A stretch of DNA of 64,000 nt from Ranitomeya imitator (Eukaryota). The stretch covers positions 621,984,001 to 622,048,000 of the forward strand of contig NC_091286.1 of the NCBI RefSeq assembly GCF_032444005.1, written 5' to 3'. Within the stretch, counting starts at the first letter, position 1. Each line of letters opens with the position of its first letter. Shown here in pieces: positions 1 to 11,621 of this stretch. The position numbers and the translations under genes are program-made. The notes below the pieces were generated by a model. The model did not search any database. It was not told where the DNA came from and worked only from the letters and a program-made list of their open reading frames with translations.

Positions 1-1522
1 CGGACTCAAAATAATTATATAGATATATATTCCTTACACACACACACACACCTCCGTTAAATATTATTTGTTGCAGTTTTAATAGCGGGAGGAACGGTTT
101 TGCCATCTGTGCAACATCAGTGTGGCAAGTACTGGAATATAATGAAGAATACACATGACAGATGTTTTGGTGTTAGATTTGTAATGATAGAGAAAGATAG
201 TAAAATAGGTCAGGCTGGGTCACACAGAGGTTATCATGAGAACCGCCACCTGTGACCTGCGGTAACCTTAGTAACGTCACTGCTCGTGACTGTCCCAGCC
301 TGATAATAGAAGCCTGCAGCTGTCTGCTTTATCTGTGCTGGTTTTAAAGTATAGAGGAGGGACCCCATGCAGTTTTTAATTTAATTATTTAATGCACTGT
401 CTGCAACTATCATCAGCGTCGCCTGGTCTCGCTGATCGCAGGGAGACTAGGCGAGGATGATAGTTGTAGTTAACACCCGGTGCCTGGGAACAGAGCTAAA
501 TGTACGGCTTTTCCCAACCACTAGTACATGTCACACAGATGACACACGATGTTATCCGTGTGTCATCAGTGTGCGGGACTTATTGAGGACTTTGCTCTGG
601 CAAAAAAACAGACAAGTCAGTGTGTTTGGCACAATGACACACAGTCCGTGGTAACACACTGACATGTGCGCAGACCCATGGATTTGAATGGGTCTACGTG
701 TGGAAACGGTCACCACACCTACTAGAGACATTGACATGTGAAGAGGGCTTTAAATTGTAACGTTATGTCAGGAGACCCGGTGGGTATTCCAATCCAAGCA
801 CAAATCATACTTCATAGGTGAGGTGTGAATTCAGCCTTGATACAAGCCACAGATGGTGGGAACTAGGAGATCTTTACTGATCAGTTTATTAGAAAGTTAA
901 CTGCTGAAAATCATAAATCAGTTTTGTCATTGGCCATGCACGAAATGTAATCTCTACTGCATTTCAGACCAATTAACAGGAGTCCATTTTGTCCCGTTAA
1001 CGAATACCCAATGACTGTATACAAGGTTGATTGACACAGGTTTCTCACCCCATTCCTCAAACTGTATGGGCAAGAACACAATCAGTTAAACGATTGTTCT
1101 GTCCCCATATGTGGCGCCCCAGGGTCCTGGTCGTTACCGTAGCATTGCTTTCCTCTCGGGGAGAGTGATGTTACTCTTGAAGGCAAGAAGGGATAACTAA
1201 CCAGGTACCACAAACATGCAACACATTCACACTCCAGGCCACCAGGGGGAGCTTTTGATCCGATTTACTAGGTGACTCCCCATATATATGGTAGTCTGCA
1301 GGGAAAGTCAGTTCCAGGAAGGTCCAGTCATTTCTTGTCAGGAGACAGACTGAATCAGTTTGAGGCAGAAGAGGGTTTACGGAGCTGTGTAGCCACAGTG
1401 CAGCAGGTCCAGGAAAGAGACATTCAGAAAGCCAAATACATTGCAGAGGATGTGCAGGAGAGCAAAGCACAGGTACGGTGTTCATTTTAGGACATGGTCA
1501 CAAATCAAAGCCAAACATCAGA

Positions 1523-1925
1523 ATACCTGACTCCGATACCTGACTCCGATACCTGACTCCGATACCTGACTCCGATACCTGACTCCGATACCTGACTCCG
1601 ATACCTGACTCCGATACCTGACTCCGATACCTGACTCCGATACCTGACTCCGATACCTGACTCCGATACCTGACTCCGATACCTGACTCCGATACCTGAC
1701 TCCGATACCTGACTCCGATACCTGACTCCGATACCTGACTCCGATACCTGACTCCGATACCTGACTCCGATACCTGACTCCGATACCTGACTCCGATACC
1801 TGACTCCGATACCTGACTCCGATACCTGACTCCGATACCTGACTCCGATACCTGACTCCGATACCTGACTCCGATACCTGACTCCGATACCTGACTCCGA
1901 TACCTGACTCCGATACCTGACTCTG
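1523..1925 (+). repeat. Minisatellite (ATACCTGACTCCG) x31
   Basis: Perfect 13-bp period; only the last unit differs (CTCTG). Confidence 0.95.
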
Positions 1926-2098
1926 AAAAAACGGCTCCGGCGTAAAAAAAGGATCAGGCAGAAAAAAAACGGAGTCGGCAGACAAAAACGGATCCGGCGG
2001 ACAAAAACAGATCCGGAAAAAAAAAAACGGATCCGGCCGACAAAAACGGATCCGGCAGAAAAATAAAACAGATCCGGCGGGAAAAAAACGGATCCTGC
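1926..2098 (+). repeat. Degenerate ~20-bp tandem repeat AAAAACGGATCCGGC
   Basis: About 8 imperfect units centred on the palindrome CGGATCCG. Confidence 0.8.
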
Positions 2099-2182
2099 GT
2101 CTAGAGGCTACAGCCGTCGGCATTACCATTGCACCACAAGCTCAAGTGATCCCAGGTACTAATTTTAGCTAATTTTACTAAT

Positions 2183-2312
2183 GTCAAGTATCAGAGTCAA
2201 GTATCAGAGTCAAGTATCAGAGTCAAGTATCAGAGTCAAGTATCAGAGTCAAGTATCAGAGTCAAGTATCAGAGTCAAGTATCAGAGTCAAGTATCAGAG
2301 TCAAGTATCAGA
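2183..2312 (+). repeat. Minisatellite (GTCAAGTATCAGA) x10, inverted homolog of 1523-1925
   Basis: 13-bp period; the reverse complement GATACTTGACTCT differs from GATACCTGACTCC at 2 positions. Confidence 0.95.
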
Positions 2313-2460
2313 ATGAGGTGTCAGACAGAGTATTTCTGATGTTTGACTTTGATTTGTGACCATGTCCTAAAATGAACACAGTACACAGGAGAGGATACCA
2401 GGGAGAGACCAGCCCCAAGCAGGCTGCCTCCTTCTCAGGCACAGAGACCGGTAGCCTAAA

Positions 2461-3478
2461 CAGGGCCGCCATCAGGGCATGACAGCCGTGACTGGCGTAT
2501 GGGGCCCGGTGAGCAGAGGGGGCCCGCATCGGGCCCCGTCTCATCTGGTCACCGGGCCCCCCCTGCAGGCGCTGCGGCAGCGGCACACTATTGACGTGCG
2601 GGCCCGCGCCCGCACGTCAATAGTTAACAGCCGCCAGCCAGTCTGAGGCTGGCAGCTGAATAGGGCCGCAGTGTGCACTTGCCGGCGTCTGACGTCATTG
2701 TCAGCCGCCGGGCCTGGCGAGTGCGTCTGTGTGGAGCCTGGGGGGGATCTTCGCCCGGCGCAGGAGCATGGCCAGGTAAGAAGTCGTGGTTTTTTTTTCT
2801 TTGAGAGCTGCGATCCAGGGGGGCCCGGGGGGCAGAATGCTGGACACAGTGACAGGGGCAGAAATGCTGGACACAGTGACAGGGGCAGAAATGCTGGACA
2901 CAGTGACAGGGGCAGAAATGCTGGACACAGTGACAGGGGCAGAATGCTGGACACAGGGGCAGAATGCTGGACACAGGGGCAGAATGCTGGACACAGGGGC
3001 AGAATGCTGGACACAGGGGCAGAATGCTGGACACAGGGGCAGAATGCTGGACACAGGGGCAGAATGCTGGACACAGGGGCAGAATGCTGGACACAGGGGC
3101 AGAATGCTGGACACAGGGGCAGAATGGAGATACGGGGCATGATTGGAGACACGGGGCAGGATGAAAGACATGGGGGCATGACTGGAGACAGATGGGGCAG
3201 GATTGGAGACAGATGGGGCAGAATGGAGACACAGGGGGCATGATTGGAGACAAGTGTCAGGATTGCAGACATGGGGCATGATTGGAGACACTGGGGGCAG
3301 AATTGGAGACAGATCGTGCAGGATCATGGGGCAGGATGGATATGATGGAGACAGATGGGGCAGGATGGAGAGATCACATGGGGCGATCATATGGGGCAGG
3401 ATGGGGAGATCATATGGGGCAGAATGGATACTCATGAGGGCAGGATGGGAGAACACAGGAATGAGACAGAGAGAGAGA
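2461..3478 (+). mobile_element. hAT-like non-autonomous element, right end missing, with 27-bp and 20-bp minisatellites
   Basis: Starts CAGGGCCGCCATCAGGG (hAT-like terminus); GACACAGTGACAGGGGCAGAAATGCTG x~4 and GGCAGAATGCTGGACACAGG x~9 at about 2830-3125; no right TIR or TSD seen. Confidence 0.55.
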
Positions 3479-4859
3479 CAGACCCTTTAAGCAGCGTTGG
3501 TCCCCACTGACCAAATACCACAGGTGGCGTCACGAACAAACTTTATTCCCTTTAAAGACCTTTCCCCTTTTACATGGGCACCCAAGGCCACGGACCACAT
3601 CGCCGCCATTGTGACATCCCCCTGTGAAACACCGGACCCGGTACAGAGTACCCCACGGCCCTGGCAGGGCAACTCACATACAGCAACATATTGTCAGCAG
3701 GACATCACCCGGTTACATGGTGCAATGTGCTGCCGACATCAGTGATGTCCACGCTGACAAACTATCTGAGCACCCGACAAATGATCATTAACAAGTAACA
3801 AGTGTAGTAATAATCTGAGCAGCTGTTGGTTTCTCAAAAGTCATAAATGCAGATCTATCAGTAGAAGACTAGCCTGCTTGATGATGGTTTCCAGGCATTA
3901 CCAGTTTGAATAAGAATATCCAGCATGACAATAGATGTGCAGCTTTAGAATATTTTTATGGTCTCCATGATGGAGCTGAGAAATATTCTGTCGGGCATAA
4001 GTAGGCTCCTTGAATCCCTCTGCTCCATTGTTTTTTTTTTCTTTTCCCTATTGAGTAGGGAAATCACATTTAACAATCTTGTTTTGTTGATTATGAAATC
4101 CACAAAAAGCTGCTTTCAGTCCCCGAAGGCGCTCTCTCTCTACCCAGGGATCGGTAAAGTGGACAATTCCCATAAGCTATTAGGCCACACACAGCATCGT
4201 AACTGGTATCTACATTTACAAGGAACAGTTTAAGAACGAGTACAGTGGAAATTGACACAAGTCCAATCTTTGGCTGTAGCGAGCGTAATATCACGGCTCT
4301 GCAATGTCTGGTACTTGTCGATCAGCTGCCAAGCTGTGGCTGACAGCTCCTGGGAAGGATATGTGAAAGCGCGCACCCCAAGAGAGGACTTTGATCAAAT
4401 GCCAAGGGGGTCTGCAAGTAGAGATTTCACATACTGAGCTCTAAAAGAAACTAATGTGAATATCTCTGTAATTGAGCGACATAGCAAAAAGCGGAAGAGA
4501 AGCAGAATCGGGAGAGAACATGGATATTTGACAAGGTCTTAACTCAATTTTTGGTGGAAACTGACACAGCCTTTAAGTTACTAAACCAGATACATTATTA
4601 GAAACACATGCTGGTTGTATCGCCCCTTTAAGCTTATCTTTAGCTTATGTTTTAAAGTTGAACTGCATGACGCAACCAGTTTAATGGAAACTGATAAATT
4701 AAAGTGATTATTAGCAATGCTCTAAAGGAAGGTGAGACGACATTCTACGTCTGCATGCATACACCCAAACCTGTGCTTGCCGTGATACCTAATGGCTGAG
4801 ATTTTGAAACCAAATGGCATCACAATGGGTGGATTTTCGGGGGCAAGGTCTCACCCTAA

Positions 4860-5056
4860 GGGCGCAGTCTGAGGGTCGTATAGATTGTTCCAATCTCGCT
4901 CCACAGTGCATGGACTGGCCGGCGGCTTTCCCGACCGAGCATGACAGCTTCATGTATTTCTATGAAGCGGTCATGCTTGGTTCTGAAGAGCTGCCAGCCA
5001 GTCCGTGCACTGCGTTCCGATCTCGGTCCGATTTATACATTCATCTGAATGTTCCC
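4860..5056. mobile_element. PIF/Harbinger-type palindromic MITE
   Basis: TAA on both sides (4857-4859, 5057-5059); GGG...CCC termini; internal quasi-palindrome centred near 4950. Confidence 0.7.
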
Positions 5057-6037
5057 TAAAAGAATCTAAAAATTAGAAATGAGCTATTAAATATGCAGGA
5101 CCCTGGTCCAGCGGCCACGTCAGTCTGTAGCCACCCGACAGGAGCCCTTCAAATTGCCTCCTGCCTACCGGAATCCCCGATGCTCCTTTTGATGTGTAGG
5201 CCTGGAGCTACGCCATTGTGGCATCTCGATCTCTGCAGGAGTTCCCACCAAGTCCAAGTGACAGTCGCCTTCTAGCTCGTGGCGCCATAGCAAACTGGCA
5301 GCCAGGATGCTCTACATTCAGCGGCTTCAGGCATACAGCGGTCCGCTGAACACTAGCAACAAAAAGAGTAAGAAACTCCTATAATCACAAATATGGACAG
5401 AAGCTGAGCAGAAAGTGGAAAGACAGCAACGGGGACAAGAGCGAATGCACAGAGGAGACACAAATACTAATAGGGGATGCGTCACGCCACCAGCTGATGC
5501 AGAACTACAACTTTCACCATCACGAGTAGAGATCTAGATGTTTTACTAAACACTCCAGTTGCAGTGTAGCCATGGCATGAATTGATCAGTGTATTCACCA
5601 CGTTACTCCCATAGAGATCAATAGCTCGGTGTCAGGATCTAGGGATGCAGCAGCGCTCTTGTAGCCACTCTATTGGGCAACATCAAATCTTGCTCCCAGT
5701 CCAACTGGAAAATGTCACCATCAAAGACGAAGGATGAGTCAGAGTCCACATGCACTAGGTTCCTGTCCACCACGTCCATCTCTGAACGTGTGACCATCAG
5801 CCACATGATGAGGTCTATCCCATCAGTCAGGCAGTAGGGGAAGGCGCCAGCTGTGCAGTCGCTTCTGTAGGGGTTTCTTACATAGGACGCTTCCCTGTCA
5901 TCTGACCTTCTGAACTAATTAAGCATCTGACTGCAGTGAGCAGATTATTTTATATACTTAAATATAAGAAAAAGTTCAGAAAACATGATGTCAGGATTCA
6001 AACTCCTGACATGTGTTATGAAAGGCAGAAACACTAA

Positions 6038-6361
6038 GGCCACGTGCACACGCTGCGGATTACTCTGCTGATTTTTCCGGACTGATTTTGGTAAATCCGC
6101 AGGTAATCCCCACTATGGATTTCACCTGCGGTTTTACACCTGCGGATTCAAATAATGGAGCAGGTGTAAACCGCTGCGGAATCCGCACAAAGAATTGACA
6201 TGCTGTGAAATAAACACTACGTTTCCGCGCGGCATGTGCACTGTGGATTTTGTTTTCCATAGGTTTACATGGTACTGTAAACTCAGGGAAAACTGCTGCG
6301 AATCAACAGTGGCCAATCCGCTGAGGATCCGCAGCAAAATCCGCAGCGTGTGCACATACCC
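6038..6361. mobile_element. PIF/Harbinger-type MITE (GTGCACACG family)
   Basis: TIRs GGCCACGTGCACACGCTGCGGAT and ATCCGCAGCGTGTGCACATACCC; TAA TSD. Confidence 0.85.
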
Positions 6362-6741
6362 TAACAGTGATCGACAGGCTGCATTACCTAGAAATAATTT
6401 TTTTTTTTTAAGTACCGTAATATTCTTTTTTTTTTTTTTTTTACTAACACTTTTCTGGGATATAGAAATCTCTCTATATGCCAGCATATTGTTGGTAACA
6501 AAAAGCTGAAAAGTAAAAATCAGGAATAAAAAAAAAAAAAAAAAAAAAAAAAACACACTATGGAAAAATAATTAATTACAGTAAATCACATTTTTGCAAT
6601 AAACTTTTTCAATAATTGTCATATTTGGCTTCCAAGTAACAACGCATGCATGCCAGTGAAGGAATTATTTATGGTGACTAGTAAATGGTGTGGTTGATTT
6701 TTTTTTTTCCCATGGTCAAAAATGGCAGGATTGTTTTTTAA

Positions 6742-7502
6742 GGCTGTGTGCACACATTGCGGATTAGGCTTAGGAATTTCTGGTGCGGATTCTGCCTCTC
6801 CTGGCAGAAAACGCACCTGCGGATTTGTCGCGTTTTTTGGTGCGGTTCTGCAGCGTTTTTGCTGCGGTTTTCTTGCGGATTTGCTGTGGTTTTTACCCTT
6901 GCGGTTTTCTATAATGGAATGGGTACAAAAACGCTGCAGATCCACAAAAAAAGTGACATGCTACTTCTTTTAAACCGCAGCGGCTTTTCCGCAAAGTGTG
7001 CGCAGCATTTTTTTTTCTCATTGATTTACATTGTACTGTAAGGCTATGTGCACACGTTGCAGATTCTCTGCGGATCCGCAGCGTTTTTGAGTTGCAGGAA
7101 GGCTGCAGATCTGCAATTGATTTACAGTACAATGTAAATTAATGAGAAAGAAAAAAAAAAATGCTCTGCACACGTTGCGGAAAATCCGCTGCGGTTTAAA
7201 AGAAGTAGCATGTCACTTCTTTTTTGTGAATCTGCAGCGTTTTTGTACCCATTCCATTATAGAAAACAGCAGGGGTAAAAACCACAGCAAATCCGCAAGA
7301 AAACCGCAGCAAAAAACGCACAAAAAACGCGACAAATCTGCAGCTGCGTTTTCTGCCAGGAGAGGCAGAATCCGCACCAGAAATTCCTAAGCCTAATCTG
7401 CAACGTGTGCACATAGCCTAAATCAATTGCGGATCTGCAGCGTTTCTGCACCTCAAAAAACGCTGCGGATCCGCAGAGAATCTGCAACGTGTGCACATAC
7501 CC
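6742..7502. mobile_element. Harbinger-type MITE interrupted by an inverted copy of itself
   Basis: Outer TIRs GGCTGTGTGCACAC (6742) and GTGTGCACATACCC (to 7502); removing 7042-7418 and one TAA restores a single copy. Confidence 0.85.
7042..7418. mobile_element. Nested Harbinger-type MITE, same family, opposite orientation
   Basis: TIRs GGCTATGTGCACACGTTGCAGATT and AATCTGCAACGTGTGCACATAGCC; TAA at 7039-7041 and 7419-7421. Confidence 0.9.
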
Positions 7503-9147
7503 TTACTGCTCGTCTCAGGGGGGGATAAAGGAAAAAAAAAAACCTCACATCCCGATGCTTACATGAAAATAGTAAAGTTATGGATTTTATGGCTATGAAT
7601 GTGGAAATGTAAAAAAAAAAAAAAAAAAAAAAAAACAAAAACAGGCCGTTGGACCAGATTTGTGAAACCAATTTTCATCAGAATTCTGTTGTAAATTACT
7701 TTGAAAAGTTGGAAAATTACCGCCAATTGGGTAAAAATTTAGCTTTTTTTGGCATCTTCATACCAGTTTCTTCCAGCACTGCAAAAATGGGCAGAGAGCT
7801 GGGGCGGGACGGCGCTCAACATCACAGCTCATCTACTTCATGATGATCTGTGGCGTTCGCTACAACAGAAATCTCACTCCAGTCCCTGACCGGAGTAAGA
7901 TTTATGGAGTGGCACTCGAAGGCTTTTTCTGATTCAAGAAGAGGAGTGAAAATCGCCGGTCTTGTTGGATCAGGGTCATGAGGTGTTTTTTTTTTTTGGT
8001 GTGCTTTGGTGTAGAATATATTTATGCCACTTTTACATATGTGTAATGTACATGTGTATTTTATACGGCGTGAATGAGCAGAAGGGGAACAACGAGAATA
8101 AGGAACATAGATAAACGATCTGTCAATGTCGGCCCCTGGCCACAAACAGATTCTCTCACTTCTACATCTCAGTTAATCCTTGATGTTCAGGATCTCCTGG
8201 AATCTATACCTCGGGGTTTAGTGCCCAAATGCTATAAGAAAAATATGATTATATTCATTCCCTAGATCCGGCCAGACACCATTTACTTGCATTATGGATC
8301 ATAAACCCGATATGACCTTACAATTTACACTCACAATTATTAGTAGACACCAAAGCACGAACATGAAGAATCCTGCCCCAGTCAAACCTGTCAGACTGCT
8401 TACCTCGCAGGGTGGACACCTGGCACCGCGCATACAGAAATATGTCAAGATAAGACATGATGTAAAAGGCACAATCAATCTACAGTAAAATATGTGGTCT
8501 AAAATGGCGGTGAATAGAAAAAAAAAAAAAAAAAACACGTGAATAAAATGAAAACTAAAGGAAATCTATCTCCGGCTCGCTGCTACACCATCTGAGATCA
8601 GGATGATGTAGGGGCAGAGCTCCTAATTCCAGTGCTATGTGTCACTTATTGGGCTATTCGCTGTAGTTTTGATTGCAAAAAGAAAAAAAATTACTGTTTC
8701 TGTGTACACTGTGCATAAGCAGAAGGTGTCACACCCAAAACACTTAACACCACTTTTGCATATGAACAAATAATTTCTCAGGAATGCAGCAGCAGATAGA
8801 AGATATAATGGTGTCTATGGATTTATATTATTAAGACCTGCATACCCATATTTGCAATATGTGGGGTTTATCTTACTGACAGATTCCTTTTTAAGACCTT
8901 TTGGCCACCCTCATTGATTTGCTATATACAGTGGGGCAAAAAAGTATTTAAATCGGTCAGCAATAGTGCAAGTTCCACCACTTAAAAAGATGAGAGGCGT
9001 CTGTAATTTATATCATAGGTAGACCTCAACTATGGGAGACAAACTGAGAAAAAAAAAAATCCAGAAAATCACATTGTCTGTTTTTTTAACATTTTATTTG
9101 CATATTATGGTGGAAAATAAGTATTTGGTCAGAAACAAAATTTCATC

Positions 9148-10170
9148 TCAATACTTTGTAATATATCCTTTGTTGGCAATGACAGAGGTCAAACGTTTTC
9201 TGTAAGTCTTCACAAGGTTGCCACACACTGTTGTTGGTATGTTGGCCCATTCCTCCATGCAGATCTCCTCTAGAGCAGTGATGTTTTTGGCTTTTCGCTT
9301 GGCAACACGGACTTTCAACTCCCTCCAAAGGTTTTCTATAGGGTTGAGATCTGGAGACTGGCTAGGCCACTCCAGGACCTTGAAATGCTTCTTACGAAGC
9401 CACTCCTTCGTTGCCCTGGCGGTGTGCTTTGGATCATTGTCATGTTGAAAGACCCAGCCACGTTTCATCTTCAATGCCCTTGCTGATGGAAGGAGGTTTG
9501 CACTCAAAATCTCACGATACATGGCCCCATTCATTCTTTCATGTACCCGGATCAGTCGTCCTGGCCCCTTTGCAGAGAAACAGCCCCAAAGCATGATGTT
9601 TCCACCACCATGCTTTACAGTAGGTATGGTGTTTGATGGATGCAACTCAGTATTCTTTATCCTCCAAACACGACAAGTTGTGTTTCTACCAAACAGTTCC
9701 AGTTTGGTTTCATCAGACCATAGGACATTCTCCCAAAACTCCTCTGGATCATCCAAATGCTCTCTAGCAAGCTTCAGACGGGCCCGGACATGTACTGGCT
9801 TAAGCAGTGGGACACGTCTGGCACTGCAGGATCTGAGTCCATGGTGACGTAGTGTGTTACTTATGGTAGGCCTTGTTACATTGGTCCCAGCTCTCTGCAG
9901 TTCATTCACTAGGTCCCCCCGCGTGGTTCTGGGATTTTTGCTCACCGTTCTTGTGATCATTCTGACCCCACGGGGTGGGATTTTGCGTGGAGCCCCAGAT
10001 CGAGGGAGATTATCAGTGGTCTTGTATGTCTTCCATTTTCTAATTATTGCTCCCACTGTTGATTTCTTCACTCCAAGCTGGTTGGCTATTGCAGATTCAG
10101 TCTTCCCAGCCTGGTGCAGGGCTACAATTTTGTTTCTGGTGTCCTTTGACAGCTCTTTGGTCTTCACCAT
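9148..10170 (-). CDS. Intact Tc1-like DD34E transposase, 340 aa
   Basis: Paired-like HTH N-terminus, GAPRK AT-hook-like motif, [20 protein letters not shown] and [11 protein letters not shown] with 34 residues between the second D and the E; no stops. Confidence 0.95.
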   Translation of the reverse strand: MVKTKELSKDTRNKIVALHQAGKTESAIANQLGVKKSTVGAIIRKWKTYKTTDNLPRSGAPRKIPPRGVRMITRTVSKNPRTTRGDLVNELQRAGTNVTRPTISNTLRHHGLRSCSARRVPLLKPVHVRARLKLAREHLDDPEEFWENVLWSDETKLELFGRNTTCRVWRIKNTELHPSNTIPTVKHGGGNIMLWGCFSAKGPGRLIRVHERMNGAMYREILSANLLPSARALKMKRGWVFQHDNDPKHTARATKEWLRKKHFKVLEWPSQSPDLNPIENLWRELKVRVAKRKAKNITALEEICMEEWANIPTTVCGNLVKTYRKRLTSVIANKGYITKY

Positions 10171-10285
10171 AGTGGAGTTTGGAGTCAGACTGTTTGAGGG
10201 TGTGCACAGGTGTCTTTTTATACTGATAACAAGTTTAAACAGGTGCCATTACTACAGGTAATGAGTGGAGGAAAGAGGAGACTAA

Positions 10286-10443
10286 GGGCCCCTTTCCACT
10301 TGCGAGGAAAACGGACGAGTGCAATCCGATAAAAAAAAAATCGGATTGCACTCGGACCAATGTTAATCAATAGGTGACATTCCATTTGCGATTTTTTTTC
10401 TCAGCCGAAATCTGACTGAGAAAAATCTGTGTCGGCTGAGAAG

Positions 10444-10480
<37 letters not shown>

Positions 10481-10656
10481 GCAGCATGCTGCGTATTGCT
10501 GCGATTCTCGCCAATGCAAGTCAATGGGTGCGAGAAAAAAAACGCACAGCACTCGCACCATGCGAGTGCTGACCGATTTTTACGCACCCGTGTCCTTAGA
10601 AAAGCCGGCAATTCAGCGTAGAGTACAGTAAAATCACACTGACAGGTTAGATTAGA

Positions 10657-10745
<89 letters not shown>

Positions 10746-11621
10746 AGTACAGCGTGAGATTGAATTACCAGCTTTAAAGCTATTACCGGCTTTTGCTATC
10801 TCCTTCACAAACCCGACATGATATGAGACATGGCTTACATACAGTAAACCATCTCATATCACCTTTTTTTTGCATATTCCACACTACTAATGTCAGTAGT
10901 GTGTATGTGCAAAATTTGGCCGTTCTAGCTAGTAAAATAAGGGGTTAAATGGCGGAAAAAATTGGCGTGGGCTCCCGCACAGTTTTCTCCGCCAGAGTAG
11001 TAAAGCCAGTGACTGAGGGCAGATATTAATAGCCTGGAGAGGGTCCACGGTTATTGGCCCCCCCCCCTGGCTAAAAATATCTGCCCCCAGCCACCCCAGA
11101 AAAGGCACATCTGGAAGATGCGCCTATTCTGGCATTTGGCCACTCTCTTCCCATTCCCGTGTAGCGGTGGGATATGGGGTAATGAAGGGTTAATGTCACC
11201 TTGCTATTGTAAGGTGACATTAAGCCTAATTAATAATGGAGAGGCGTCAATTATGACACCTATACATTATTAATCCAATACTAGTAAGGAAGGAGAAAGC
11301 AAAAGCCGGTAATTGAATTACCAGCTTTAAAGCCATCTTACGCTGCATTAAATAATATATATATATACCTATTCTATGTGTATATATCTACTCTAATCTA
11401 ACCTGTCAGTGTGATTTTACTGTACTCTGCACTGAATTGCCGGCTTTTCTAAGGACAGGGGTGCGTAAAAATCAGACAGCAATACGGATGTCATACGGAT
11501 GTTGCGATAAAAAACTCACATCACACTCGCATGACACTCGCATGGCACTCGCAGACGTTACATCAGTTTTTTCGGTCCGTAAATCGGACCGTTTTTTTCT
11601 CACACAAGTGGAAAGGGGCCC
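10286..11621. mobile_element. Harbinger-type non-autonomous element inserted in the Tc1 5' region
   Basis: TIRs GGGCCCCTTTCCACTTG and CAAGTGGAAAGGGGCCC flanked by TAA/TTA; long imperfect inverted arms; the central module resembles 54890-55400 in reverse. Confidence 0.8.
10660..10742. repeat. (TA)n microsatellite
   Basis: About 41 uninterrupted TA units. Confidence 0.95.

Larger units (their letters stand above)
1476..2381. mobile_element. Foldback-like non-autonomous DNA element (TA target, Tc1/mariner-type ends) with internally repetitive inverted arms
   Basis: About 50-bp inverted repeat GTGTTCATTTTAGGACATGGTCACAAATCAAAG at about 1478-1527 versus 2329-2380; TA at 1474-1475 and 2382-2383; inverted 13-mer arrays inside. 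Confidence 0.7.
1110..3676 (+). mobile_element. Solo-LTR-like element (copy 1 of 3), interrupted by two insertions and partly deleted
   Basis: Starts TGTGGCGCCCCAGGGTCCTGGTC and ends GGGCAACTCA, with CATA on both sides (1106-1109, 3677-3680). 5' and 3' blocks align with 41117-42309 and 44412-45586. Confidence 0.75.

Noticed and set aside
1523-2312. CRISPR-like or iteron-like arrays
   Set aside because: No unique spacers, no cas genes, and a vertebrate context; these are plain tandem repeats.
1518-3490. Long ORFs (203-251 aa) with repeating peptides
   Set aside because: Translations of 13-, 20- and 27-bp minisatellites, open in several frames and on both strands.
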